Source: an uncultured bacterium (lineage in GTDB: Bacteria; Acidobacteriota; Thermoanaerobaculia; Multivoradales; JAHZIX01). Taken from it: 64,000 nucleotides of DNA. The translations under genes were made by a program, and so were the position numbers. The DNA lies in assembly GCA_965368975.1 (NCBI GenBank), contig CBDUPA010000007.1:192001-256000 (forward strand), written 5' to 3'. Every line of letters begins with the position of its first letter. Positions within the stretch are counted from its first letter, which is position 1. Under the pieces are notes generated by a model. That model did no database searches. It was not told the origin of the DNA and saw only the letters and a program-made list of their open reading frames with translations. This document shows positions 49,533-57,748 of this stretch, in pieces.

Positions 49533-49611
49533 GCCGAGGTAGCTCAGTTATGGTTAGAGCGCCTGACTGTGGATCAGGAGGTCGGCGGTTCAAACCCGCC
49601 CCTCGGTACCA
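49533..49611 (+). tRNA. tRNA-His (GUG), CCA encoded; probable integration site
   Basis: Acceptor GCCGAGG/CCTCGGT, D arm GCTC..GAGC, anticodon arm CCTGA-CTGTGGA-TCAGG, T arm GGCGG-TTCAAAC-CCGCC, 3' ACCA. Confidence 0.95.
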
Positions 49612-49773
49612 ACCAAACCCCCTTAAATCCCCTGTACAAAGCGCTTTAGGACAAGGACTTAGGCTGTCCTGTTGGTCCTTAGTATTTAATTGATTCTCAG
49701 GTTCTGTTGAATTTTGCCGGGTTTTGCTATCCTCAAGGTCGCGGGAAGGTCGCGGGAAAATCGGAGGTAGCGC

Positions 49774-51189
49774 ATGGCATATCGGTCCCGGCACAGACAG
49801 AAGCTCACGCAAGCCCTGGTGAAGAAGGTCCGGAAGGAGCAGCTCCAAGCTTGCGAGGATGCAGCAGGGCGGCGCCTGCCGGATCGGTACATATGGGATT
49901 CCGAATCGCCGCTCGGATTGCGGCTCCACGGCACCGGCGGCGCGAGCTGGGTCCTGAAGCCCTACGCAGTGCAGATGGCCGGTCGCCGCGAGCCGCGGCG
50001 GCACACCTTCGGCCTGGTCTCTGACGTGACGCTGGAAGATGCACAGGACCGGGCGCGGGATCTGTGGGGGAGATACCTGGACGGCGAGGACCCGGTGGGG
50101 GAGATTCAGCAGCGCAAGCTTCTGGCTCGGCAGGGCCGAGCTAGCGACCCGACTGTGGGAGACCTTGCAGAGCGCTACATGAAGGAGGTTGCCGCCAGCA
50201 ACAAGCCCGCTACACGGCGAGAGAAGCAGAGAGGCTGGGATCAGGTCGTAAGGCTGATCGGCGAGCGGCAGGTAGCCAAGGTGGACGCTGAGGACATCGA
50301 GTTCGTGTTGCGCTCCATTGGTGACGGAAAGCCCGTCTGGGCGAACCGCGTTCGAAGCCTCCTGTCGCACGCCTTCAACGTTTGCTCGCGCTGGCGCACA
50401 GTAGAGGGAGAGAGATGGCGAGAACTCAACGCAAACCCGGTTCTAGAGACCGATCCGAACCGTGAGAGAGGTAAGGGTCGCACCTACTCAGATGTCGAAC
50501 TGAGGGCGATCTGGACAGCCTTGGGTCGGCTTGAGGGGCAAGACGAGATTGATTGGGTGCTGGCCATTCTGATCCGGATCTTGATCTACACCGGAGCTCG
50601 GCCGGGCGAACCCGCCAGCGCGCGCTGGTCGAACTGGGATCCGACCAAGCAGCTCATCTGGCTCGAGGAGTCGAAAGCGGATCGCGGCGTAGCCCTGGGT
50701 CGGCGGATCTACCTTCCGACACAGGTACTGGAGTGGGTGCCGTACCTCGGTGCGGCACAGAGCGAGTTCATGTTCCCGCGCCGCAAGCTGAATGCCTCCT
50801 GGAGACAGGAGCGCCAGAAGGATGCCAGCGTCACGAAGACGGCCTGGCGGAAGACATGGCAGAAGGTTGCCGAGGAAGCCGGCCTGGTCGAGACTGCGGG
50901 TGTCGCGCCGCAGCTGCGTCACCTGCGCAACACCTGGATCTCCATGGCTCAACAGGCGGGCATCAAGCAGGCTGAGGCGGGATGGATGGCCGGGCATCGG
51001 CCCAGGGGTATGACGGCCCACTACACGGCGCAGCCGGACGAGTACTGGCTTGAGCAAGCAGAGATCGCCGGCGACTTCATCCGGAAGGCGATTGGCGCTC
51101 AGCCCTTGTCGGCGTCGTCCTCGGGCTCTGGAAGGGCTGCGGTGATCACCTTCAAGCCGGGAATCACCCGGCCGTTGTCCGGGATCTGA
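49774..51189 (+). CDS. int: Tyrosine recombinase / phage integrase
   Basis: Arm-binding N-terminus (KLTQALV...WDSESPLGLR); catalytic R (YTGARPGE), K (SKAD), RHLRNT, GH and Y (AHYT). Confidence 0.9.
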   Translation: MAYRSRHRQKLTQALVKKVRKEQLQACEDAAGRRLPDRYIWDSESPLGLRLHGTGGASWVLKPYAVQMAGRREPRRHTFGLVSDVTLEDAQDRARDLWGRYLDGEDPVGEIQQRKLLARQGRASDPTVGDLAERYMKEVAASNKPATRREKQRGWDQVVRLIGERQVAKVDAEDIEFVLRSIGDGKPVWANRVRSLLSHAFNVCSRWRTVEGERWRELNANPVLETDPNRERGKGRTYSDVELRAIWTALGRLEGQDEIDWVLAILIRILIYTGARPGEPASARWSNWDPTKQLIWLEESKADRGVALGRRIYLPTQVLEWVPYLGAAQSEFMFPRRKLNASWRQERQKDASVTKTAWRKTWQKVAEEAGLVETAGVAPQLRHLRNTWISMAQQAGIKQAEAGWMAGHRPRGMTAHYTAQPDEYWLEQAEIAGDFIRKAIGAQPLSASSSGSGRAAVITFKPGITRPLSGI

Positions 51190-51572
51190 TAGACGACGAT
51201 CGGGTCCGGCTCTTCCTTGGCGGCTTCCTCGAGGTAGTCCTTGGGTCGCCGCAGCTCGGCCAGCCTCAGTAGGCCAGAACTCTGCACCATGGCGTGATAG
51301 CCGTCGTTCGGGTTTTGGTCGAATTGCGCGGCGTAGGTCGGGTCCATCATCCTCAGAGCGTGCTCTGCGTCCTCTTCGAGCGGGAAAGAGGACTCCTGGT
51401 AGGCATCGATGTACATGGCCCGGAAAGCGGCGTTCTCGCGCCGCCAGTTGCAGGGCGTAGCCTTGCAGGGCATCTCGGGATCCAGCACGATCTGGCGCAG
51501 GGTCTCTCCAGCAGCTATTCGATCACAGATCTTTCTTCCCAGTGTCTTGTTGTAGGAGCTGCTGCGCGCCAT
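51099..51572 (-). CDS. Terminase small subunit-like protein (Sf6/P22-type N-terminal HTH)
   Basis: SSYNKTLGRKICDRIAAGETLRQIVLDPEMP...W....AAFRAMY..A resembles the YxxExxxxICxxIAxGESLRxIC...MP TerS pattern. Confidence 0.65.
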   Translation of the reverse strand: MARSSSYNKTLGRKICDRIAAGETLRQIVLDPEMPCKATPCNWRRENAAFRAMYIDAYQESSFPLEEDAEHALRMMDPTYAAQFDQNPNDGYHAMVQSSGLLRLAELRRPKDYLEEAAKEEPDPIVVYQIPDNGRVIPGLKVITAALPEPEDDADKG

Positions 51573-51843
51573 AGTCAATCCGGCTGAAAAATTCATCCGG
51601 ATCGACACCGATGCGGATGAGTATCTCTATCGCCGTGACCAGGGTCAGAGAGCTGTACCCCTGGAGCTGGTGATAGAGCGTCGACGGCGCCATAGACAGC
51701 TGGCTCGCAAGGGAACTGACGGTTTGCCCTTGGCGCTTGACCTCCTCGCGCAGTAGGCGCCCCAGCGTCTCGGCGGCTGCTCGCGCCATGTTCGCAGGCT
51801 CCGCCATTTGGTCGAGAGTATCAGATTTGGATGTTTCATCCAT
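51523..51843 (-). CDS. XRE-family HTH regulator
   Basis: GQTVSSLASQLSMAPSTLYHQLQG...IGVDPDEFF. Confidence 0.8.
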   Translation of the reverse strand: MDETSKSDTLDQMAEPANMARAAAETLGRLLREEVKRQGQTVSSLASQLSMAPSTLYHQLQGYSSLTLVTAIEILIRIGVDPDEFFSRIDYGAQQLLQQDTGKKDL

Positions 51844-52163
51844 TAGGTCGACATCTTGAGCTTGCCGGCTCTAACTAGAGCGATGATCTTCTGCTCCTGA
51901 CGCCAGTCGCCATAGAGCGCCAGGAATTGGGAGAGGCTCCCGGCGAGAACATGAGCGACTGCGATCAGCGTTTCTACCCGAAGCTCCTTTCTTCCACGGG
52001 CTTCTCGGTATATGGCTTGCTCGTTGTGGCCGGTGGCTTCAGCTATTTTTCGGAAGCTCATCCGCTTCTCTTTCGCAAGCAATCTTATGTACTCGGCCAT
52101 GCCCCTGGCTTCCTCTTGGGCCATCTCGGCGACCTCGGGGGCTTGCATTGTTTCGTCACTCAT
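51843..52163 (-). CDS. XRE-family HTH regulator (CI-like)
   Basis: KRMSFRKIAEATGHNEQAIYREARGRKELRVETLIAVA; GGAGG RBS. Confidence 0.8.
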   Translation of the reverse strand: MSDETMQAPEVAEMAQEEARGMAEYIRLLAKEKRMSFRKIAEATGHNEQAIYREARGRKELRVETLIAVAHVLAGSLSQFLALYGDWRQEQKIIALVRAGKLKMST

Positions 52164-52218
52164 GGTTGAATTCCTCCACGGCTGATCCTTTTACTCATAC
52201 CGAAAGAGAGGGTACTAC

Positions 52219-52473
52219 ATGAGCGCACCAACAATCAAAGAGGTTGAGGGCGGGCATCTGGCGAAGCTACGAGAGCGGGCGAACCTGACCAAGAGGGAGT
52301 TGGCGGCAAAGTCGAAGCTCTACGAGAGCATAGTTGCGCGCATTGAGAACGGTAGTGTTCGGCCTGATCCCAAGTACATAGAGCCACTCCGCCTGCTCGG
52401 GACCTTCGAGGAGATCTGGGCGGCGATCGGCCGCGACCGCCTGGCATTTCTGCGGCGGAGGTCGGCAGCATGA
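52219..52473 (+). CDS. Cro-like XRE HTH protein
   Basis: LAKLRERANLTKRELAAKSKLYESIVARIENG; divergent from the CI-like pair across 55 bp. Confidence 0.8.
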   Translation: MSAPTIKEVEGGHLAKLRERANLTKRELAAKSKLYESIVARIENGSVRPDPKYIEPLRLLGTFEEIWAAIGRDRLAFLRRRSAA

Positions 52474-52706
52474 GCTTCTGGAAGGACACCCTGCTCCCGC
52501 TGCTGCGCCGCCGGCAGAAGAGCTCGCGCGTGATCCGCTGGCGCGACCCGAAGGTCGAAGCACCGGAGAGCAGCGTCAGCTACCTGGTGCTGGCCCGCCG
52601 GCCATCGTCCCGGCAGCTCTACCACGCTATCCGCCAAGGCGTCGGATTCGGCGAGTCGGTGGTTCGCTACGCCAGTCTGCCCAGTCCTCCTGAGGAGGTG
52701 CGCTGA
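52470..52706 (+). CDS. Hypothetical phage protein
   Basis: ATGA and TGATG overlaps with both neighbours. Confidence 0.55.
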   Translation: MSFWKDTLLPLLRRRQKSSRVIRWRDPKVEAPESSVSYLVLARRPSSRQLYHAIRQGVGFGESVVRYASLPSPPEEVR

Positions 52707-53092
52707 TGACCCCTGAGGAGTTCGCGCTGCACGAGGACGTGTTCGCTGCCAGCCCACACGCCTTCGAGGCCTACCAGTCGGCACTGTCCGAGGTTCTAGG
52801 CGACATCGAGAACCCGCAGAAGACGGCGGCCGCGGTGCGCAAGCTGCAGATCTCGATCACGTTCCTGCCCAGCGAGCGCCGCGACGAGGTTGCCCTCGGC
52901 GTAGACGTCAAAGTCGCCAAGCTCGGCCCGTACATCGGTTCCGCGGGTAAGGCCTATCTCGACACCGACCACAACACCGGTGAACGCAAGTTTGCCGTCG
53001 AGAACCCGCGACAGCGGCGCCTGGAGTTCGAAGACGAGCCAGCGCCGACACCCGAGAACAACGTTCGACCGATGAGGAGTACAGATCGATGA
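52706..53092 (+). CDS. Conserved phage protein (YfdP-like / 'replication terminator'-annotated family)
   Basis: LSEVLGDIENPQK...RKLQISITFLP...V.VK.KL.P pattern; paired with the next gene as in many prophages. Confidence 0.55.
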   Translation: MTPEEFALHEDVFAASPHAFEAYQSALSEVLGDIENPQKTAAAVRKLQISITFLPSERRDEVALGVDVKVAKLGPYIGSAGKAYLDTDHNTGERKFAVENPRQRRLEFEDEPAPTPENNVRPMRSTDR

Positions 53093-53817
53093 TGAACGCA
53101 GAGTTCGTAGACAGTATCGCCGAGCTGGCCCAATGGGCGCTGCAATCCGCGAGCGAGCAGCATTTCTTGGTCGGCCCCCGCGGCATACACAACCTGACCG
53201 AGTTGGCCGACAGGGCGGTGGCGGTTGAGAAGCTCAATCTCGTCACACTGGGTGCCCTTGGGGACTACGCCAAGACCCTTGACCCGGTAGCGAAGGATCT
53301 CTTCCTGGTTGCGGCGCACTCTGTCGCGAACATCGTCTCGGGCCCGAACGAGCTGGGCCGGCGCGACGTCTACGCGAGCGTGATCGCGCCCTGCCACGAG
53401 ATCCCGCACCTTCTGCAGCTCTCCCAGCAGGACTTTCGGCGGGAGGTGGGCGCGCGTTTCGTCGAGTCGACCGTGCGTGCCGACCTGCTCGAGCTGGCCT
53501 CCGCCTTGAGCGCGGAGCACGCGGCCGAGTTCAAGGATGACGGACTGAGCATCGAGACGACGTTGCGCCGCAAGGGCGGAGCGCCGAAGCGTGAGAGTAG
53601 CTCGCCCATCTACCTGCTTCAGCCGTGGTGCACCTGGCCCGAGATCGAGCAGCCGACGGTGACGTTCCGCCTGCAAGTGCATTCCACCGATGACGGCTAC
53701 TTCTTGAGCCTCGATCCGTCCATCTCGCCGCTCTGGAAGAGCGAGGCCGCACGCGCGGCCGGTGATTGGCTGCGCGAACAGCTGCCCGAGCCCTGGCACG
53801 GCCGCATCCTGACCTGA
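53089..53817 (+). CDS. Conserved phage protein (YfdQ/DUF2303-like partner)
   Basis: DDGLS...PIYLLQPWCTWPEIEQP...FRL...WKSEA...WLREQL pattern. Confidence 0.55.
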   Translation: MMNAEFVDSIAELAQWALQSASEQHFLVGPRGIHNLTELADRAVAVEKLNLVTLGALGDYAKTLDPVAKDLFLVAAHSVANIVSGPNELGRRDVYASVIAPCHEIPHLLQLSQQDFRREVGARFVESTVRADLLELASALSAEHAAEFKDDGLSIETTLRRKGGAPKRESSSPIYLLQPWCTWPEIEQPTVTFRLQVHSTDDGYFLSLDPSISPLWKSEAARAAGDWLREQLPEPWHGRILT

Positions 53818-53949
53818 TCCCCTTCTGGGTGGTCTCTGGATCCCAGGGGGGAGCGACCCGTCCCGCTCGCGTTACGTGTGGTCTCGCGGGTAAGCCAAGG
53901 GCTTCGAGTGGGGGCGGGTCGCCGTTTTCTCAAGAGGGGGGGCAGTTGG

Positions 53950-54252
53950 ATGCAACACGTGAATTCGGGTTTGGAGTTCAAGGTGCCGGTCACCTGGATT
54001 GTCTGCCGCAGTGATGGAAGGGATGAGGGCACCGTCAAGGTAAAGGCCTATTCCGCCCTGGATGCGGCGCGAGAAGCTGGCGAGCGACTGCATGCGAGCA
54101 GCCCGCTGCTATCGGGCCTGGGATGGCCAAGTCAGACCGATGTCTACGTGCGCCTGGAGCACGCCACGCGCGGCGACCACTATCGGGTGCAAAGCTGCTG
54201 GGAGGTGTCGACGACCGTAAGAGCAATCCGGCCAGGGGAGGCGGGCCTGTGA
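53950..54252 (+). CDS. Hypothetical phage protein
   Basis: ORF coupled by a GTGA overlap to the DUF5131 gene; start uncertain. Confidence 0.5.
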   Translation: MQHVNSGLEFKVPVTWIVCRSDGRDEGTVKVKAYSALDAAREAGERLHASSPLLSGLGWPSQTDVYVRLEHATRGDHYRVQSCWEVSTTVRAIRPGEAGL

Positions 54253-55202
54253 CCACTTCGATCTCCTGGACTGACGAGACCATCAACCCGCTAGTGATGC
54301 AGCGCCCAGGCGGCAAGCTCGGGCACTTCTGCGTGAAGCTCAGCCCAGGCTGTGCGAACTGCTACGCGGCCACGATGTCGGCGCGGAAACTCCCCTCTCG
54401 GCCTGCTGGGTTCAAGTACACCGCCAAGGGCGCAGAGGGTGCGGTGCCAGTCTGCCTGGAAAGCGCGCTCGAGAAGATCAAGCGACCAGGTTCGCCGAGA
54501 AGGATGTTTGTCTGCTCGATGACGGATCTGTTCCTTGATCAGTGGTGGCCTCGGTCGGCGCCGTTCAAGGAATACGCCCAGGCTGCCGACGTGCTAGGGG
54601 CTTGCGCGGGGGCCGTCGAGGACGGTCACGTCGTCCAGATTCTGACCAAGCGGCCCGAAGCAATCCCAGACTGGCTCGGGCGCGTCTTGCAGAGAGATGG
54701 CAACCCCCGTCTCATGATCGGCGTCTCGATCGAGAGTCCGGCGCAGCTGTGGCGCTGGAAAGCTCTTGTCGAGAAGCTCGGCCATACCGCCTGCTCGCTG
54801 TGGATCAGCTTCGAACCGCTCCTCGAGGAGATCACCCTCGGAGACCTGCGGCGTGCCTTCGCTTCGCGCGTACCGGATTTGGTCGTGCTCGGCGGCGAGT
54901 CGGGGCCAGGTGCCAGGCCCTCTGAGCCTCACTGGTACCGCAACCTGATCACGTGGGCGTCCGCGCGCTCGAAGCGTGTTCCGGTCTGGATGAAGCAGTT
55001 CGGAGCCAGACTCAAGGTTGCCGGCACGGACACCTTCGGCGAATACGGCCCAGGCAGGGAGATCGGAACTTCCGGCTACTACCTGGTCAAGACAGGCAGC
55101 AAGGCTGAGGCGCCGGCAAAGTGGCCTGAGTGGGCTCGTATCCGGCAGCTGCCGGAGTGGGCGCGTGAGGACTTCGGGCACTGCTTCATGGAGCCGGGGT
55201 AA
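54249..55202 (+). CDS. DUF5131 (phage Gp37/Gp68) family protein
   Basis: TSISWTDETINP, CVKLSPGCANCYA (Cx6Cx2C), FVCSMTDLF, QILTKRP, SFEPLL, GGESGPGARP and KQFG. Confidence 0.9.
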   Translation: MTTSISWTDETINPLVMQRPGGKLGHFCVKLSPGCANCYAATMSARKLPSRPAGFKYTAKGAEGAVPVCLESALEKIKRPGSPRRMFVCSMTDLFLDQWWPRSAPFKEYAQAADVLGACAGAVEDGHVVQILTKRPEAIPDWLGRVLQRDGNPRLMIGVSIESPAQLWRWKALVEKLGHTACSLWISFEPLLEEITLGDLRRAFASRVPDLVVLGGESGPGARPSEPHWYRNLITWASARSKRVPVWMKQFGARLKVAGTDTFGEYGPGREIGTSGYYLVKTGSKAEAPAKWPEWARIRQLPEWAREDFGHCFMEPG

Positions 55203-55432
55203 TGCCGAAGTACATAGGGTTCTCGGACGAATTGCATCGCACGCTGGAAGCGCGAGCCAATGCGCTGAATATGGACGTCCTCGGGTACGTCAGGCAGGCT
55301 CTTTCGGTCTTCAATGCACTGGTGGAAGAGGAAGAGCGCGGCGGTTCGATTGTCTCGCGGCGGGCGGGCGGGGAGGAGTTTGGACTGGCATTGCTTTGGC
55401 CGGACTTCGAGTCTCAGGAGGTTCCGTCATGA
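55202..55432 (+). CDS. Ribbon-helix-helix (CopG-like) protein
   Basis: Short N-terminal beta strand plus two helices; VRQALSVFNALVEEEERGG. Confidence 0.6.
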   Translation: MPKYIGFSDELHRTLEARANALNMDVLGYVRQALSVFNALVEEEERGGSIVSRRAGGEEFGLALLWPDFESQEVPS

Positions 55433-55872
55433 AGCGCTCCGCCCCCCCTCGCCGACGGACCCCGCTGAAGCGCGGCAAGCCTCCGACCAGGAAGGCGCGT
55501 CTACGAGCGATCACCAAGGACGCCCGCAAGAAGCTGATGCGCTTCGAGCGGCAGTTCGGGAGCGAAGAGCGTGTCGACTGGATGCAGGCGCAGCACTGCT
55601 GCATCTGTGGCACCAGGCCAGTGGACTGTCACCACGTCAAGACGCGCGGTGCTGGCGGTACCGCAGACGACATGGTGCCCCTGTGCAGGACCTGTCATCA
55701 GATCTGGCACAGCCGCGGGCGCGCGTGGTTCGAGAACGAATTCGATATCGACGCCGGCGTGTTGGCACAACGCTACACACGGTGGTGGAGAGAACACCAG
55801 AAGCAGGAAGGAGCAAGGCATGAGCACGACACTGCCGCCACACCAAAAGAAGGGTGGCGTGATGCACGTTGA
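55429..55872 (+). CDS. HNH-type nuclease (DUF968/Ref-like)
   Basis: MKRS..RRRTPLKR basic N-terminus; CCICG...DCHHVKTRGAGG...VPLCRTCHQIWH. Confidence 0.8.
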   Translation: MKRSAPPRRRTPLKRGKPPTRKARLRAITKDARKKLMRFERQFGSEERVDWMQAQHCCICGTRPVDCHHVKTRGAGGTADDMVPLCRTCHQIWHSRGRAWFENEFDIDAGVLAQRYTRWWREHQKQEGARHEHDTAATPKEGWRDAR

Positions 55873-56803
55873 CCGGATTGAAGCGGAGGCCTTCGAAGGC
55901 GGTGGCGTCTGGGGGCATGCCTACGTACCCGTGCTGGAAAGCCTGCTCGAGGCAGGGGCGAACCCGCGCATGCATGCCGGTACTTCAGCCGGTGCGATTG
56001 TCGCCTTCCTGCGCGCTCTCCGGTACCCACCGAGCGAGATCGGAAGACTTCAAGAGTCCACCGACTGGGCGAAGTGGGCCCAGATTGATTTCTCGGCTCT
56101 GTGGCGCCTTCCGTTCAAGAAGGGGCTGGCCTCGACCAAGGTGCCGCGCGAGTGGCTCGAGGAGCGGCTGCTCGATCTCGGCCTGCGCCTGGACCTCACG
56201 TTCAGGGAGCTGCAAGAGGCAACCGAGCACCAGCTGTGCGTAGTCGCAACCCGCTACGCCTGGATCGACGGCCGACCGGATGCTACCCCCCGGGTGTTTT
56301 GCCCAGTCCGAACACCGCACGCCGTTGTTGTTGATGCCGTCCTGGCTTCGATGGCGGTTCCAGGGCTCTGGCCTCCGGTCCAGGTGCGCGAGCATAAGCG
56401 CGCCAGCTACTGGTACTGCGACGGGGGTGCCGGCTACAACCACCCGATCGACCTCTTTCACCATCTGCCCGACGAGAAGGTGATCGGCGTTCGCGTCGAC
56501 ACCTCCCGCGAGATCGAGTTCAGGCGCGCCAGCGTTGAGCCTCGACGCCCGATGCTGGTGCATGCGGTTCGCGCACTAGTGGCAATGCTACGGCGGGAGG
56601 CCAACAGGGCTCACGTCGATCGATGGCACCGCATCGTCCGGATCAACGTCGGGGACCTGCGCGCGCTCGAGTTCGACCTGCCGCCCGAGGACATCGAGGC
56701 GCTGCGTAAGGCCGGCCGGAGGGCGTGGAAGAAGTGGACGGCGCCGGCGCCCAGGATCACCGGTGGCTACGCCTACTTCAGTCAGGCGGAGGTGGAGTCG
56801 TGA
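55820..56803 (+). CDS. Patatin-like phospholipase
   Basis: EGGGVWG (oxyanion), AGTSAG (Ser nucleophile), ASMAVPGLW and CDGG (catalytic Asp); start 55820 or 55862. Confidence 0.88.
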   Translation: MSTTLPPHQKKGGVMHVDRIEAEAFEGGGVWGHAYVPVLESLLEAGANPRMHAGTSAGAIVAFLRALRYPPSEIGRLQESTDWAKWAQIDFSALWRLPFKKGLASTKVPREWLEERLLDLGLRLDLTFRELQEATEHQLCVVATRYAWIDGRPDATPRVFCPVRTPHAVVVDAVLASMAVPGLWPPVQVREHKRASYWYCDGGAGYNHPIDLFHHLPDEKVIGVRVDTSREIEFRRASVEPRRPMLVHAVRALVAMLRREANRAHVDRWHRIVRINVGDLRALEFDLPPEDIEALRKAGRRAWKKWTAPAPRITGGYAYFSQAEVES

Positions 56804-57045
56804 GCAGGAATTGCCGCTTGACGATGGAGGTCACGCCGAAGCTGTGGACCAGGCTCAGCAAGATGTGCACCCCAGAGGGTATTGACTACTTCTGTCTCAT
56901 TCGGCGTGCGCTGGCAGTGTACGAGGCGCTTCTTGCTGAAGAGCGGGCCGGCAACGTCCTGGTGTCGAAGCGTCCAGACGGCACAGAGAAGCGGGTTCTG
57001 CTACGGCCGGATGATGTAGCGCATGATGCGGCGGCGGAGTCATGA
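56800..57045 (+). CDS. Ribbon-helix-helix protein, paralog of 55202-55432
   Basis: RLTMEVTPKLWTRL...IRRALAVYEALLAEERAGNVLVSKRPDG. Confidence 0.6.
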   Translation: MSRNCRLTMEVTPKLWTRLSKMCTPEGIDYFCLIRRALAVYEALLAEERAGNVLVSKRPDGTEKRVLLRPDDVAHDAAAES

Positions 57046-57467
57046 AGTCCCTCACCCTCCACCAGCCGCACACGCACAGCGTCGCCCACCTCGGGAAGCG
57101 GATCGAGAACCGGAACTGGACACCGCCCGCCCACCTGGTCGGCGAGGTGATCGCCATCCATGCCGGCAAGAAGCTTGACCTCGAGGCGCTGGAGGACCTG
57201 CAGCAGAGGGGGTACGAGATCCCCGACGAGCTGCCCGCCAAAGCCGTCGTAGCCGTCGCCCGCTTGGTCAGCGTCGTCGAGGTCGCACCGCCTGAGTCTC
57301 ACCCGCAGCGGCAGTGGTGGATCGGTCCATATGGCTGGATCCTGGACGACGTTGTAGCACTGCCGTCTCCGGTGCCCTGTCGTGGGTATCAGAGGCTCTG
57401 GAACCTGCCGAGTGATGTGGCTGAGGCCGTGTACGAGCAGTGGGGAAAGGCTGAGGTGGCGGCGTGA
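57042..57467 (+). CDS. ASCH domain protein
   Basis: MKSLTLHQP...GKRIENRNW...IAIHAGK...GPYGWIL..V..L..PVPCRGYQRLW. Confidence 0.88.
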   Translation: MKSLTLHQPHTHSVAHLGKRIENRNWTPPAHLVGEVIAIHAGKKLDLEALEDLQQRGYEIPDELPAKAVVAVARLVSVVEVAPPESHPQRQWWIGPYGWILDDVVALPSPVPCRGYQRLWNLPSDVAEAVYEQWGKAEVAA

Positions 57468-57748
57468 GTGACTACGACTGGCACCGACCGCCGGCGACGC
57501 TGAAGGAGGCGGAGATTCTCCAGGGCGCCGTGCTCGAGCAGATGTTGGCCGCCGCCGAGAGCGGCGAAGTCGCCTGCGTGTGTTCCCGTACCCGGCCGCT
57601 GGTCGATGCTTACCGGTGCTACTGCTGTGGGCTTTGGTTCTGCTTGGCGTGCGCCCGGAAGCACTTCGGACCCCGGCCGAAGGCCTTCGGTGACGTGGTT
57701 GAGACGCGACCGAGTGCGGCCTGCTGCACCGGGGAAGGTGCGCCGTGA
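57464..57748 (+). CDS. Cys-rich hypothetical protein (possible zinc finger)
   Basis: CVC...CYCC...CLAC...H; coupled by overlaps on both sides. Confidence 0.55.
   Translation: MSDYDWHRPPATLKEAEILQGAVLEQMLAAAESGEVACVCSRTRPLVDAYRCYCCGLWFCLACARKHFGPRPKAFGDVVETRPSAACCTGEGAP

Noticed and set aside
55820-56803. CBASS system (CapV-like patatin)
   Set aside because: No CD-NTase or Cap2/Cap3 genes are nearby, and the gene sits within the phage early operon.
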